From: a virus
Taxonomy: Duplodnaviria > Caudoviricetes
Strand: one strand, 5' to 3'
IMG/VR virus record: IMGVR_UViG_3300001525_000506
Coordinates: 11,552 to 75,551 of that record
Length of the DNA: 64,000 nt
Program-made: the position numbers and the translations under genes
The notes under the pieces: generated by a model
Told to the model about the DNA's origin: nothing
The model's database searches: none
Seen by the model: the letters and a program-made list of their open reading frames with translations, nothing else
In this document: positions 8,971 to 17,371 of the stretch, in pieces
How the letters are laid out: each line of letters opens with the position of its first letter
Position numbering within the stretch: position 1 is the first letter of the stretch

Positions 8971-9331
8971 GTTCTACCTCCTTGATGAGTTCGTCTATAA
9001 AGTATTTCACGTTATCTTTTGTGGCAAATGGGTTATATGGACTAATATCATAAATGTGCTTTTTCACTTTATTCAGCACGTCGATTTGCGCTTGTTTTTT
9101 TGACTCTTCCAATTCAACAAGTTCAAAGTTGTTCTCGATAATGGTTTGGTCTTGCTTAATAATCTTTGTTTTTAGCCGCTCAATCTTGTTTTCATATTTA
9201 CATATAAGAGCAAGAATATCTTTTAGCGTTTTTATCGGAATCCAATCTGCATGACCCTTATCCTCGTTTTTTGCATAGTTTATCTCGTATTCCAAAATTT
9301 GTTTAATATCTTTACTACGAATCTTTGCCAT
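8960..9331 (-). CDS. Coiled-coil hypothetical protein
   Basis: KQAQIDVLNK..IDELIKEV shared with 27747 gene; follows promoter 9367-9396. Confidence 0.6.
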   Translation of the reverse strand: MAKIRSKDIKQILEYEINYAKNEDKGHADWIPIKTLKDILALICKYENKIERLKTKIIKQDQTIIENNFELVELEESKKQAQIDVLNKVKKHIYDISPYNPFATKDNVKYFIDELIKEVEHAD

Positions 9332-9366
9332 TTTACAATTACTCCTTTTGTTTGATTTGTACTCGT

Positions 9367-9403
9367 ATTATAGCAGAATACTATATGCTGTGTCAAGAGG
9401 GTT
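9367..9403 (-). promoter_or_regulatory. sigmaA-type promoter
   Basis: AAACCCTC-TTGACA-18-TATAAT. Confidence 0.7.
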
Positions 9404-9407
9404 TAAT

Positions 9408-9436
9408 AAAGAAAAAGACCGAAATTTATTCGGTCT
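9408..9436 (-). terminator. Intrinsic terminator
   Basis: agaccgaa-N5-ttcggtct followed by T-tract on minus strand. Confidence 0.6.
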
Positions 9437-9746
9437 ATATCCTTCCGACGATTTCTCGTATCTTATCCACGATGTTCTCGTAATACTCCTTTTCCGATTT
9501 CAGCTTTTGTTCGTCTTTTAATTCGGAAATTTCTCGTTGCAGGGCTTGAATTTGCGATTGCAGGTCTTTCTTTTCTTCTTCGTAGTCGGCTACGATATCG
9601 GCAACGTATCCGAATCCAGAATTGAACAGTTTATTCGCACAAAACTCAGCGAACCCTTCGAGAGAAAGATTGAAAAGTGCCGTTTCATAAATGATATTTT
9701 TCATAGACTCGATTTGTTTGCCATATCGCTCATTCGGTCTGTTCAT
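9435..9746 (-). CDS. Hypothetical coiled-coil protein
   Basis: RBS aaggaggaccc; operon packing. Confidence 0.55.
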   Translation of the reverse strand: MNRPNERYGKQIESMKNIIYETALFNLSLEGFAEFCANKLFNSGFGYVADIVADYEEEKKDLQSQIQALQREISELKDEQKLKSEKEYYENIVDKIREIVGRI

Positions 9747-9999
9747 TTGGGTCCTCCTTATATTCGCTTGTGTCCAGTCCGATAATATCGCCTACAACAC
9801 GAAACATTGCTCTCAGCTGCTTTTGAATCTCGATGTCCGACCAGTATTCGTGTTTGTCGCATTGTTGTATTGTGTCTGTCATCATCCTATCAATTATGAA
9901 CAATAGAACAAATTCGTGTTGTTCTGCCGTTTCTGTATATGCGTCGAATTTTCTTCTGAGTTCAATTGCGTCTTCCCTTGTTACTATCTTCATATCCAC
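9730..9999 (-). CDS. Hypothetical protein
   Basis: Operon packing. Confidence 0.5.
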   Translation of the reverse strand: MDMKIVTREDAIELRRKFDAYTETAEQHEFVLLFIIDRMMTDTIQQCDKHEYWSDIEIQKQLRAMFRVVGDIIGLDTSEYKEDPNEQTE

Positions 10000-10232
10000 T
10001 CCTTTTCCCCGAACACGACATATCCATTTTGTTGTGCATAATCGGTAATATACGTAATTTGATAGAACTTCCCAAACATCTTCTTGTTCAGTTCGGCGTC
10101 GTCAACGACATTGTACATAACGATATCGCCGACTTCGTAATTGCGGTCGTTCTTGCGAATCTCGAACATTTTATCGCCGTTGAGTTTCGGTAACGCGAAT
10201 TGCGCTTGTATCTTTAAGTTGTGAATTTTCAT
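9990..10232 (-). CDS. ASCH/DUF3850-like protein
   Basis: MKIHNLKI...KMFEIRKNDRNYEVGD. Confidence 0.8.
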   Translation of the reverse strand: MKIHNLKIQAQFALPKLNGDKMFEIRKNDRNYEVGDIVMYNVVDDAELNKKMFGKFYQITYITDYAQQNGYVVFGEKEWI

Positions 10233-11383
10233 TACGGCGACACTCCTTCTTTATTGAATATCCCACTATCGATAAGTCTTGTTACGAGCCTTTTAATCAT
10301 TAGTGGTGGTACACTCATTCCGCATATATATTCTGATTTTTCTATGCCCAAATCGTAATCTTCAGGGAATGTTTGTGCGTGAAGCACATCTTCATCGCTT
10401 GGGTGATTACCTTTTTCTGTCCATATATCTCCGTGTCCCGCTGTTTGTGTTGGATATATATCGCTTTCTTTAACTACTCTATGAGTTATTCCGCTATTAA
10501 CTCCATAGATACGCATCATACATTCGTTTACGGCTTCATTTGGTCGAATTTGTTTTATTGCCTCGCTCATCTTGCCTTTTGCAATCTTTTCGTGGTCAGT
10601 CTTAAAATCGCCATATTTTATAGGCTCATAGTAGAAGTTGAGGTCAATATCTTGCAAGTCAAAGTCCAATCTTGTTGCTACAAAAAATACACGATGACGA
10701 GTTTGTGGTACGCCCATATCTTCGCCCTTTAAGAGTTCGTGTCGCACTTTATAGCCTATGTCGTGGAACATTTTATAGATTTGTTTGACATACTTCCAAG
10801 CATTACCCAAAAGCAATCCCTCCACATTCTCCATAATCGCAACCTTTGGTCTTAATTTTGCAACAGTTTCGATAAAAACGAATACAAGGTCATCAAGAGT
10901 TTGTACTTTTTGCCCCTCTCTGAATTTCTTTTCTTTACCCCAAGCGTTCTCTCGTTCTCCTGCCATACTAAATGTTGAGCAAGGGGGCGAGCCATCAAGA
11001 ATATCAAGGTGGTAAAGTTCTTCGGGTAGGTCATCAAGATTGTTAAAATCTCGAATATCCATAAGATAGTTGTACTTTGGGTGATGGTTTTTTACATAGA
11101 CATTGTTCATTCTTTTGTCGAGTTCACAATCTCCAATTACATCGCACCCTGCAAGTTTATATCCCATTGTACTGCCCCCCCCACAAGCAAAGCAAGAAAA
11201 GACTTTCAAGCCATTTTTAGGAGGATAGTCGGCAAAACTCCATTTCCAATCTGTTGATTTTTCTCTTTTCAAATGATTTTTCATTTTATCATCTTCTGAC
11301 AAAAAATCAAAAATACTTTGTTCGTTGTCCATAATTAATACCCCTCCTTTGTTATTCTTTTTTCGCAACGTTCCATAAGCCAT
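10232..11383 (-). CDS. DNA cytosine-5 methyltransferase (orphan; probable start ~11332)
   Basis: Motif I FACGGG, catalytic GSPPCSTFS, ENVEGL, QTRHRVFF. Confidence 0.92.
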   Translation of the reverse strand: MAYGTLRKKNNKGGVLIMDNEQSIFDFLSEDDKMKNHLKREKSTDWKWSFADYPPKNGLKVFSCFACGGGSTMGYKLAGCDVIGDCELDKRMNNVYVKNHHPKYNYLMDIRDFNNLDDLPEELYHLDILDGSPPCSTFSMAGERENAWGKEKKFREGQKVQTLDDLVFVFIETVAKLRPKVAIMENVEGLLLGNAWKYVKQIYKMFHDIGYKVRHELLKGEDMGVPQTRHRVFFVATRLDFDLQDIDLNFYYEPIKYGDFKTDHEKIAKGKMSEAIKQIRPNEAVNECMMRIYGVNSGITHRVVKESDIYPTQTAGHGDIWTEKGNHPSDEDVLHAQTFPEDYDLGIEKSEYICGMSVPPLMIKRLVTRLIDSGIFNKEGVSP

Positions 11384-11673
11384 TCTTTGCCGCAGAAACG
11401 AATATCGCGTATGAATCTCTCGTGTTCAGGTCCGAAACCGCAATAGCCTGGTTCGTACACGCAGGTGGTTGCGTCTTCATACAATCTCTTTACGAGTCTG
11501 TCGTGGTCGTGAAGTAGCGCATAAGCGGACTTGTATTCGGCGCTGTCTTCAGAATAGTCCAAGAGCGTGTTCTCGAGTCCGCCGAGAATGTCGTTCGCCG
11601 CATATTTGATGTTGTAAAACGCTTTCTTTTGTCTTTGATTCATTTTGCTAACTTTCATAATATACCCTTCCAT
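11335..11673 (-). CDS. Early hypothetical protein
   Basis: Second gene after tandem promoter unit. Confidence 0.6.
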   Translation of the reverse strand: MEGYIMKVSKMNQRQKKAFYNIKYAANDILGGLENTLLDYSEDSAEYKSAYALLHDHDRLVKRLYEDATTCVYEPGYCGFGPEHERFIRDIRFCGKEWLMERCEKRITKEGY

Positions 11674-11823
11674 TTATTCAATAGCACTTTGCATATAGTC
11701 CAACACTTCGTCGATACTGTTAAGAGCCGAATTGAGATTGTCCATAACGGATTCAAGACGGTCTCTAAGTTCTTGCATTTGGTCTGCTATGTTTTCAATT
11801 TCTTTTCTGCGTTGTTTGTTCAT
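11674..11823 (-). CDS. 49-aa helical protein (not in ORF track)
   Basis: MNKQRRKEIENIADQMQELRDRLESVMDNLNSALNSIDEVLDYMQSAIE; RBS aaggagtaactacc. Confidence 0.6.
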   Translation of the reverse strand: MNKQRRKEIENIADQMQELRDRLESVMDNLNSALNSIDEVLDYMQSAIE

Positions 11824-11880
11824 GGTAGTTACTCCTTTTGTGTTTTTGTGTCATTATCATATCATATGTCAACAGTCTGC

Positions 11881-12046
11881 GTCAAGTAGGGTTATGAAAA
11901 AAAATATAAAAGAAAAAAAGGCGTTTGCAGACACCTTTTTTCTCGTAGTTTCCTAAAATGCAAGGAAATAGCCACATGTTAATATGTATGTATTTTCTTT
12001 ATTTTATCACATCGATACCCGTTTGTCAATGGGTTTTCAAAAAGTT
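11881..12046 (-). repeat. Tandem-promoter/terminator unit, copy 1
   Basis: High-identity direct repeat of 17212-17371; TTGACA-17-TAAAAT at ~12002-12029 and TTGACG promoter at 11880-11885. Confidence 0.85.
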
Positions 12047-12054
12047 AATAGCGA

Positions 12055-12324
12055 TTAAGATAGCCAAGAATCGTCATCGATTTCGTCGTTGCCTATGTTT
12101 TCGAGAACGAATTTTATTATGCCGATGAGCCAATCGAATGCGGCTTGCGAATGCGAGTCCGAGCGCTCCGATTCGTCCGCTTTGTCGGCTTGTTCGATGA
12201 GCTCTTCAAGTTTTTGTATGTTCGGGTCAAAAACCATTTTACGCTCAAGGCTGTCAGGCTCGTATTCGTTTGCCTTATCTTTGAATTCTTGTACTGCTTT
12301 TAACAAATCTTCATAGGTTGCCAT
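12055..12324 (-). CDS. Acidic hypothetical protein
   Basis: RBS ggaggaggaata. Confidence 0.6.
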   Translation of the reverse strand: MATYEDLLKAVQEFKDKANEYEPDSLERKMVFDPNIQKLEELIEQADKADESERSDSHSQAAFDWLIGIIKFVLENIGNDEIDDDSWLS

Positions 12325-12737
12325 TATTCCTCCTCCTTTTCTGTTTCTACATCGCGAAAGCGTACGGTTTCGATTTCGTCTGTGTAAAACGTTGCAGGTA
12401 CAGTAACTCTACTTTCAAGACAAAGCCTTCCATCCCTAAATGTGTAAATTTTCCCGCAATTATCGCGGCGGTATCTCTGTCCTTGTTTTTGATTCTTGAT
12501 AATATCTGACAGTTTCAAGTTAAACGGATGTCGTTTCTGGTATTCAACCAATTCTTGTGCTGCTTTTTTTATATGCTCGGAATCGGAAGGGATATAATTG
12601 GCATTTGGATTATCATAACATTCATGCTCCATCCATTTTATTATTTTTTTTCGTGCGTTATCGCAATCGCCTTTCACATCACCAAAATCTTCAAGCGGTA
12701 TTTTAACTGCCATTTTTACTTCAAATTCAATTAACAT
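12324..12737 (-). CDS. Hypothetical protein
   Basis: TAATG coupling. Confidence 0.55.
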   Translation of the reverse strand: MLIEFEVKMAVKIPLEDFGDVKGDCDNARKKIIKWMEHECYDNPNANYIPSDSEHIKKAAQELVEYQKRHPFNLKLSDIIKNQKQGQRYRRDNCGKIYTFRDGRLCLESRVTVPATFYTDEIETVRFRDVETEKEEE

Positions 12738-12925
12738 TATTTACTCCTTTTTCTGCACTCATCGCAGACTTTATTTCCTTTTGTGATTTCGGGACAAAAA
12801 CAATATTCTTCATCACACTTATGTATTATATATGTTGTACTTGTTTCTCTTTTACATTCGGTTGCAATGCACTTGTTACCGTGAATATACTTGCAATTAC
12901 TCGGACAGCCTGTCGTTATTTCCAT
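12737..12925 (-). CDS. Small Cys-rich protein
   Basis: Multiple CxxC-like pairs; coupled. Confidence 0.5.
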   Translation of the reverse strand: MEITTGCPSNCKYIHGNKCIATECKRETSTTYIIHKCDEEYCFCPEITKGNKVCDECRKRSK

Positions 12926-13175
12926 TCTTCAATTCCTCTCTCCTTTTATTGCTTCTTTCCACAAAATCGAACATTGCTTTTTCAAACTTTTCTTCCTCTG
13001 TCAACTCGTGTCGTGTCTTATTCGGTTTTGACAACCTATATTGCCTTTTAGCCTCACGAATATTGTTCCGTCTTTTTCGATTGTTTAGTGGATATACTTT
13101 GTCATCAGAAAACGACATACATTGATTTAGAAACGCAATCACTCTTGGTATTCTATAATCACTTTTACTTTTCAT
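12897..13175 (-). CDS. Basic hypothetical protein
   Basis: Operon packing. Confidence 0.5.
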   Translation of the reverse strand: MKSKSDYRIPRVIAFLNQCMSFSDDKVYPLNNRKRRNNIREAKRQYRLSKPNKTRHELTEEEKFEKAMFDFVERSNKRREELKNGNNDRLSE

Positions 13176-13536
13176 TTTTCAATTCCTCCAACTTCTTTTC
13201 GGCTGCGGCTTTGTCGAAAAACAGTCTATCGCCTACTCCACTCAAATATTCAGCGTTATAATCATCTGTACCGTCATTCCCTAATCTGAATAGAATATCC
13301 CAACCTAAAATGTCTATTCTTGCAACTTTCCATTCTTGAATATAATTGCCATAACAAGTGTAAGCGGCATCTCCGACCTTGCAAGGCAACTCTATAAGTG
13401 TTCCAGCCTCGATTTTATCTTCGAGTTCCCAAAGCCTGTCGATTAGGTCTTGAATTGTGACCTTGCCTTTACTTGTAACCGTTTTTATGTTTCTACCGTT
13501 TACGACTTGTGTTGTTGTCAATCTTTTATATTCCAT
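13165..13536 (-). CDS. Phage hypothetical protein
   Basis: MEYKRLT..RLWELEDKIEAGTLIELPCKVGD..FFDKAAAEKKLEE, common phage small-ORF motif. Confidence 0.65.
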   Translation of the reverse strand: MEYKRLTTTQVVNGRNIKTVTSKGKVTIQDLIDRLWELEDKIEAGTLIELPCKVGDAAYTCYGNYIQEWKVARIDILGWDILFRLGNDGTDDYNAEYLSGVGDRLFFDKAAAEKKLEELKNEK

Positions 13537-13538
13537 AT

Positions 13539-13901
13539 TTATTCTTCCTCCTTATGATTTTCATAATACAACTTTGCGTGTTCACTTTTCTCGAAGAAGT
13601 ATTGCAGTATATCCATCAAATTGCATACGTGACATAACATTTTGTTGAATTTATCGAAGTCTGAATCGCTTGCAATTTCAGTATGAGGAATATGTACTCG
13701 TATTCGTTTGAGGTAAGAATCGTCTTCCGTAAAATCTGCGTAGAATTCGATTTGCGGATATTCTACGCTTTCAATGTGAGCCATACAGATATTCCCATTC
13801 GGCTTTTGGCTGAACCAAAATCGGCAATCAAGATATCTATATCTATAAAAAATCGTTCCGTCTTGTTCTTTACTTGTATATTCTACTTCAAATCCTTTCA
13901 T
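13539..13901 (-). CDS. Hypothetical protein
   Basis: ATGA overlap. Confidence 0.55.
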   Translation of the reverse strand: MKGFEVEYTSKEQDGTIFYRYRYLDCRFWFSQKPNGNICMAHIESVEYPQIEFYADFTEDDSYLKRIRVHIPHTEIASDSDFDKFNKMLCHVCNLMDILQYFFEKSEHAKLYYENHKEEE

Positions 13902-14605
13902 TCTTCATTATCCTCCGATACATACTGCCAACCTTTTGGCGGGTTTCTTAATATATTTCCGCAATGTTCTTCCCAATAGTCGTATTGACCGCCGTGGTAT
14001 AAAGCATATTCTTCTTCGTCGGGCGGTATTGTTATGATACCGTATTTGCAAGCGCGATAATAGTGATACGGGTCGGGGCAAGGTTTGAAGAAGTCGCTGA
14101 CCTGTTTGGGTTCGTCATATATCTTCAAATCGGATATGCGCCAGCCATAAAGCGGTTTGCCTTTGCCTAGTTTTTCGAGTTCAGAGCATTTCAAGTCAGT
14201 CGCTTCGCTGTGGCACTTCAAATACGGAAAGTAAGATGTACAATCATTTGGATAATCTACATAATACTTGTGGTCGTGGTTGTATTGCCATTCTATAATT
14301 TTGTCGCATACGAACTCGCCGATAACGTGTTCGTTACCGATATTCCAATCAACATTGCCATCTACGTCGCAATTAAATGCGTTTCGGTAATCGCCAATAA
14401 TGGCGTGGCGACCGTCTTTGCTTATAAGCAATGAGTTGCCCTGTGTTCCTTTTGTCGCATAAATATATCCCTTAAACGGCACTCCGCATTTCGGTGCGGT
14501 CTTGGACACGAGTACGGTACAATCGCCGTTTGCGACTTTTTCACAAATTCGGGGTGATACCGATTTCATTACTGCTTTCATTTCAGTCCACCTCCGAATA
14601 GCCAA
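13898..14605 (-). CDS. ASCH/PUA-like protein (diverged)
   Basis: MKAVMKSVSPRICEKVANGDCTVLVSKTAPK..PFKGYIY..GEFVCDKI. Confidence 0.6.
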   Translation of the reverse strand: MAIRRWTEMKAVMKSVSPRICEKVANGDCTVLVSKTAPKCGVPFKGYIYATKGTQGNSLLISKDGRHAIIGDYRNAFNCDVDGNVDWNIGNEHVIGEFVCDKIIEWQYNHDHKYYVDYPNDCTSYFPYLKCHSEATDLKCSELEKLGKGKPLYGWRISDLKIYDEPKQVSDFFKPCPDPYHYYRACKYGIITIPPDEEEYALYHGGQYDYWEEHCGNILRNPPKGWQYVSEDNEE

Positions 14606-15180
14606 GTCAATCCGAAAAGGCTCAAAATTGATAATATAAACGTCATAAAGTTCATTTTTTTTGCACCTCCAAAAATATGTTCATTTACCGCATTCTTAAA
14701 CGGGATACATTGATAGTCTTTCAATACAAACATCCACGCATTCGGCGCGTCGTATTCGTATAGTTGGAATATGCAGTCCTTCCAGTTCTTCATATTTGCA
14801 GATTTGAAGCGAGGCACTTGTATTTGATACTTTTTATCGTTGACAAAAAACTCCAATTCCATAGCCATACCGTAATTGAATTCGATTACTGAATCGAATT
14901 TAACCTTATCGGCATTATTTCCGAAAAACATCTTAAATATGAATTTTATCGTTTTTTCGGTTTCTTTGGTTTTCGATTCTCCCCATACATTATGCAAGTC
15001 CATATACAAGCCATAATCGTCAAATCCGTTCACGATAGCAGCTGCATAACCGTTAAGGGCATCTAATTCGATTTCGATGTTTTTCTTTTCAAACTCGCGA
15101 AAATCGATTACTTTCTTTACTTGTTCAAGACTCTCCGTACAAGGTATTATATTATCAAACATATTTATTTCTCCTTCCAC
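14578..15180 (-). CDS. Hypothetical protein
   Basis: Operon packing. Confidence 0.55.
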   Translation of the reverse strand: MEGEINMFDNIIPCTESLEQVKKVIDFREFEKKNIEIELDALNGYAAAIVNGFDDYGLYMDLHNVWGESKTKETEKTIKFIFKMFFGNNADKVKFDSVIEFNYGMAMELEFFVNDKKYQIQVPRFKSANMKNWKDCIFQLYEYDAPNAWMFVLKDYQCIPFKNAVNEHIFGGAKKMNFMTFILSILSLFGLTWLFGGGLK

Positions 15181-15356
15181 ATTCTGTGTTTATTTCTTCT
15201 GCGGACACGAGCCGCATAATCGTATTTTTCTGCGCGAACGCTATCGAGCATAATTTCACGTTTGGTTTTGAATTCGGCATAATCCGAACACGTAGCGTGA
15301 CAGGTTTCGGTACGAGACGTGCAGTGCCTACAAGGGCAGTCGGATTCAATCTTCAT
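15165..15356 (-). CDS. Small Cys-rich protein (paralogue of 3729-3917)
   Basis: MKIESDCPCRHC..CHATCSDYAEFKTKRE. Confidence 0.6.
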   Translation of the reverse strand: MKIESDCPCRHCTSRTETCHATCSDYAEFKTKREIMLDSVRAEKYDYAARVRRRNKHRMWKEK

Positions 15357-15540
15357 TTTCTTCCACTCCCTGATTCGTTTCATCGATGTCATCGATGTAA
15401 TCAAGAAAATAGCATTTGCATTTGACACCGAGTATGTTATCATCCAATGCTTTGTCGCAAGTTGCTCCGTCATTGGTCTCTTGTTTGTGCAATTTGCAAT
15501 ATCCGTTCAACCAAAATAGACAATTCTCACAATGTGTCAT
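15346..15540 (-). CDS. Small Cys-rich protein
   Basis: MTHCENCLFW..YCKLHK..TCDK. Confidence 0.55.
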   Translation of the reverse strand: MTHCENCLFWLNGYCKLHKQETNDGATCDKALDDNILGVKCKCYFLDYIDDIDETNQGVEENED

Positions 15541-15838
15541 CTTTTACTCCTAATGCTCTATCGATATTCTCTACCATTTTATCGCGCAATTCAGGGTGGA
15601 ATTCACCATCTTTGTGTATTTTCCCTTGCGCCCAATCTTTAAGGCAATTGAGATACTCGTCCTTTACTTTGACTTTATGCTCAAGAGATAAGACACTCTT
15701 GTAGTTCATTAGACAAAGAGTGCTAATTGTATTCGCGAGGACATCAGGACGAGATTTCAAAAAACCAAGAATGAACTCTTCGTCTGACAAACAATTTCCT
15801 AAATGACGATATTTGTCAACATATTCTATTAGTGTCAT
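15527..15838 (-). CDS. Hypothetical protein
   Basis: Start MTLIEY at 15838 after RBS ggaggtgg. Confidence 0.55.
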   Translation of the reverse strand: MTLIEYVDKYRHLGNCLSDEEFILGFLKSRPDVLANTISTLCLMNYKSVLSLEHKVKVKDEYLNCLKDWAQGKIHKDGEFHPELRDKMVENIDRALGVKDDTL

Positions 15839-16004
15839 TATTTTCCACCTCCGCTTGTTTACATTCGGCACAACGCTTTCCGAGTGGTACTTTCTTGTGC
15901 AAAAGAATGCACCAGTAAAAGCCCGCCATATCGTAGTATTTGTATATACATCCGTCGCAATATTTGCCGCCTGGCACTTCCGTTTCAACCTTTATCTTCA
16001 CCAT
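15816..16004 (-). CDS. Small Zn-finger protein (C.QAEVE family)
   Basis: YCDGC..WCILL..RCAECKQAEVE. Confidence 0.6.
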   Translation of the reverse strand: MVKIKVETEVPGGKYCDGCIYKYYDMAGFYWCILLHKKVPLGKRCAECKQAEVENNDTNRIC

Positions 16005-16395
16005 CTCGTACCTCTTTGATGAGCTTTTCTATTTCGGACTTAGGAACACCAATAAAGTGTCCATCAGATACAACCTTATCAAGAGCCATATTCAAGACTG
16101 TCTCTGCAATAAGTTTTTGATTTACCTTGCCACTAATGTTATCTCCCATCCCCATATAATATCCATCCCAGACTCCATAATTATAACATTTTGAACGCAA
16201 CTCTCTTGATTCAATTTCTTCTTTATATTCTGATACGTCACCGTAACCATTTTTAATGAGCACATTTGCGCAAATTTCACAAACCTTGGCTTCCCAAAAT
16301 GCCGCGTTTTTCAGAGATGCAGAATAATTATTGTTAGTAAGTGCTTCAAACAAAATTTTTTTAAGCGTATCTTTTTCTTCTTGTTCAGTTTTCAT
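15985..16395 (-). CDS. Hypothetical protein (GYGDVSEYK family)
   Basis: Start MKTEQ at 16395 after aaggaggag; LIKNGYGDVSEYKEEI. Confidence 0.6.
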   Translation of the reverse strand: MKTEQEEKDTLKKILFEALTNNNYSASLKNAAFWEAKVCEICANVLIKNGYGDVSEYKEEIESRELRSKCYNYGVWDGYYMGMGDNISGKVNQKLIAETVLNMALDKVVSDGHFIGVPKSEIEKLIKEVRDGEDKG

Positions 16396-16531
16396 TTTCG
16401 TCTCCTCCTTTATCCGATTCCCACATATCTCCGAATCGGCACTGGTCACAATATTTTTCATTACAGCCTTTGCAACGGTACGTGTATGTTCCGAGGGTTG
16501 CATCTTCTGGCTCTTTTCCGTACATAATCAT
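16385..16531 (-). CDS. 48-aa Cys-rich protein (not in ORF track)
   Basis: MIMYGKEPEDATLGTYTYRCKGCNEKYCDQCRFGD...; RBS aaggagaagga. Confidence 0.5.
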   Translation of the reverse strand: MIMYGKEPEDATLGTYTYRCKGCNEKYCDQCRFGDMWESDKGGDENEN

Positions 16532-17151
16532 TCCTTCTCCTTTGCCAAAAACGTATTCACCGATATCTCGTAAGCAGTTCGTATCTCAATCGATTCGTCA
16601 TCGTGAATTTTCTGATATTCTCGTGACTGAAAACGTCCCGAAACCGTTATCATGTCGCCCTTTTTATAGTGCATTATACGTCTTGCATTGCCGTTCCAAA
16701 CCAAACAAGGTACAAATGAAACGTGACCGTCTTCGGTCTTGGTTACGCAAATGAAATCGGCAATAACTCGTCCCTTTGGCGTTTCGCGAATTAACGGCGA
16801 ATTATACATCGTTCCGTTGAATTCGACAAAGTTATAATACTCGTCTTCGATTTCAGCCCCGTCTGTAAACGATTCGCCATAAGCGCGGATAATTGCTCGT
16901 TTTTTCATTATGTATCTGTCGTATCGGCTATAAGTAATAACCTTCCCGTAAACAGCTACAACATCACCGAAACCGTACTTAAACGGCGTTTTTGCGCTAT
17001 ATTGAACCTTGATTATATCATCAACGCCCGAATCGCGCTTAATTGCGAGGTCGAATTCGTATTCGTCGATTTCGATATCGAATGCGATTTTAACTTTTTG
17101 TGGAATGCTTGCCACAATGCCTTTTAATCTTAAAGTGTTTTGATAATCCAA
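16528..17151 (-). CDS. ssb: Single-stranded DNA-binding protein, tandem OB folds
   Basis: LIRETPKGRVIADF..FVPCLVWNGNARR..GRFQSREYQK; TTG start. Confidence 0.85.
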   Translation of the reverse strand: MDYQNTLRLKGIVASIPQKVKIAFDIEIDEYEFDLAIKRDSGVDDIIKVQYSAKTPFKYGFGDVVAVYGKVITYSRYDRYIMKKRAIIRAYGESFTDGAEIEDEYYNFVEFNGTMYNSPLIRETPKGRVIADFICVTKTEDGHVSFVPCLVWNGNARRIMHYKKGDMITVSGRFQSREYQKIHDDESIEIRTAYEISVNTFLAKEKE

Positions 17152-17211
17152 TGTTTTCTATTGCTCCTTTTGTGTTTTGTGCCTTTATTATATCAATCGT
17201 CAATATACTGT

Positions 17212-17371
17212 GTCAAGTAGGGTTATGAAAAAAATATAAAAGAAAAAAGGCGTTTGCAGACACCTTCTTTCTCGTAATTTCCTAAAATGCAGAGGAAATT
17301 GCCACAGTTTGTTTAGTTTCTTTCTTTATTTTACCATATCGATACCCGTTTGTCAATGGGTTTTGAAAGTT
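17212..17371 (-). repeat. Tandem-promoter/terminator unit, copy 2
   Basis: gtcaagtagggttatgaaaaaa...gatacccgtttgtcaatgggtttt shared with 11881-12046. Confidence 0.85.
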
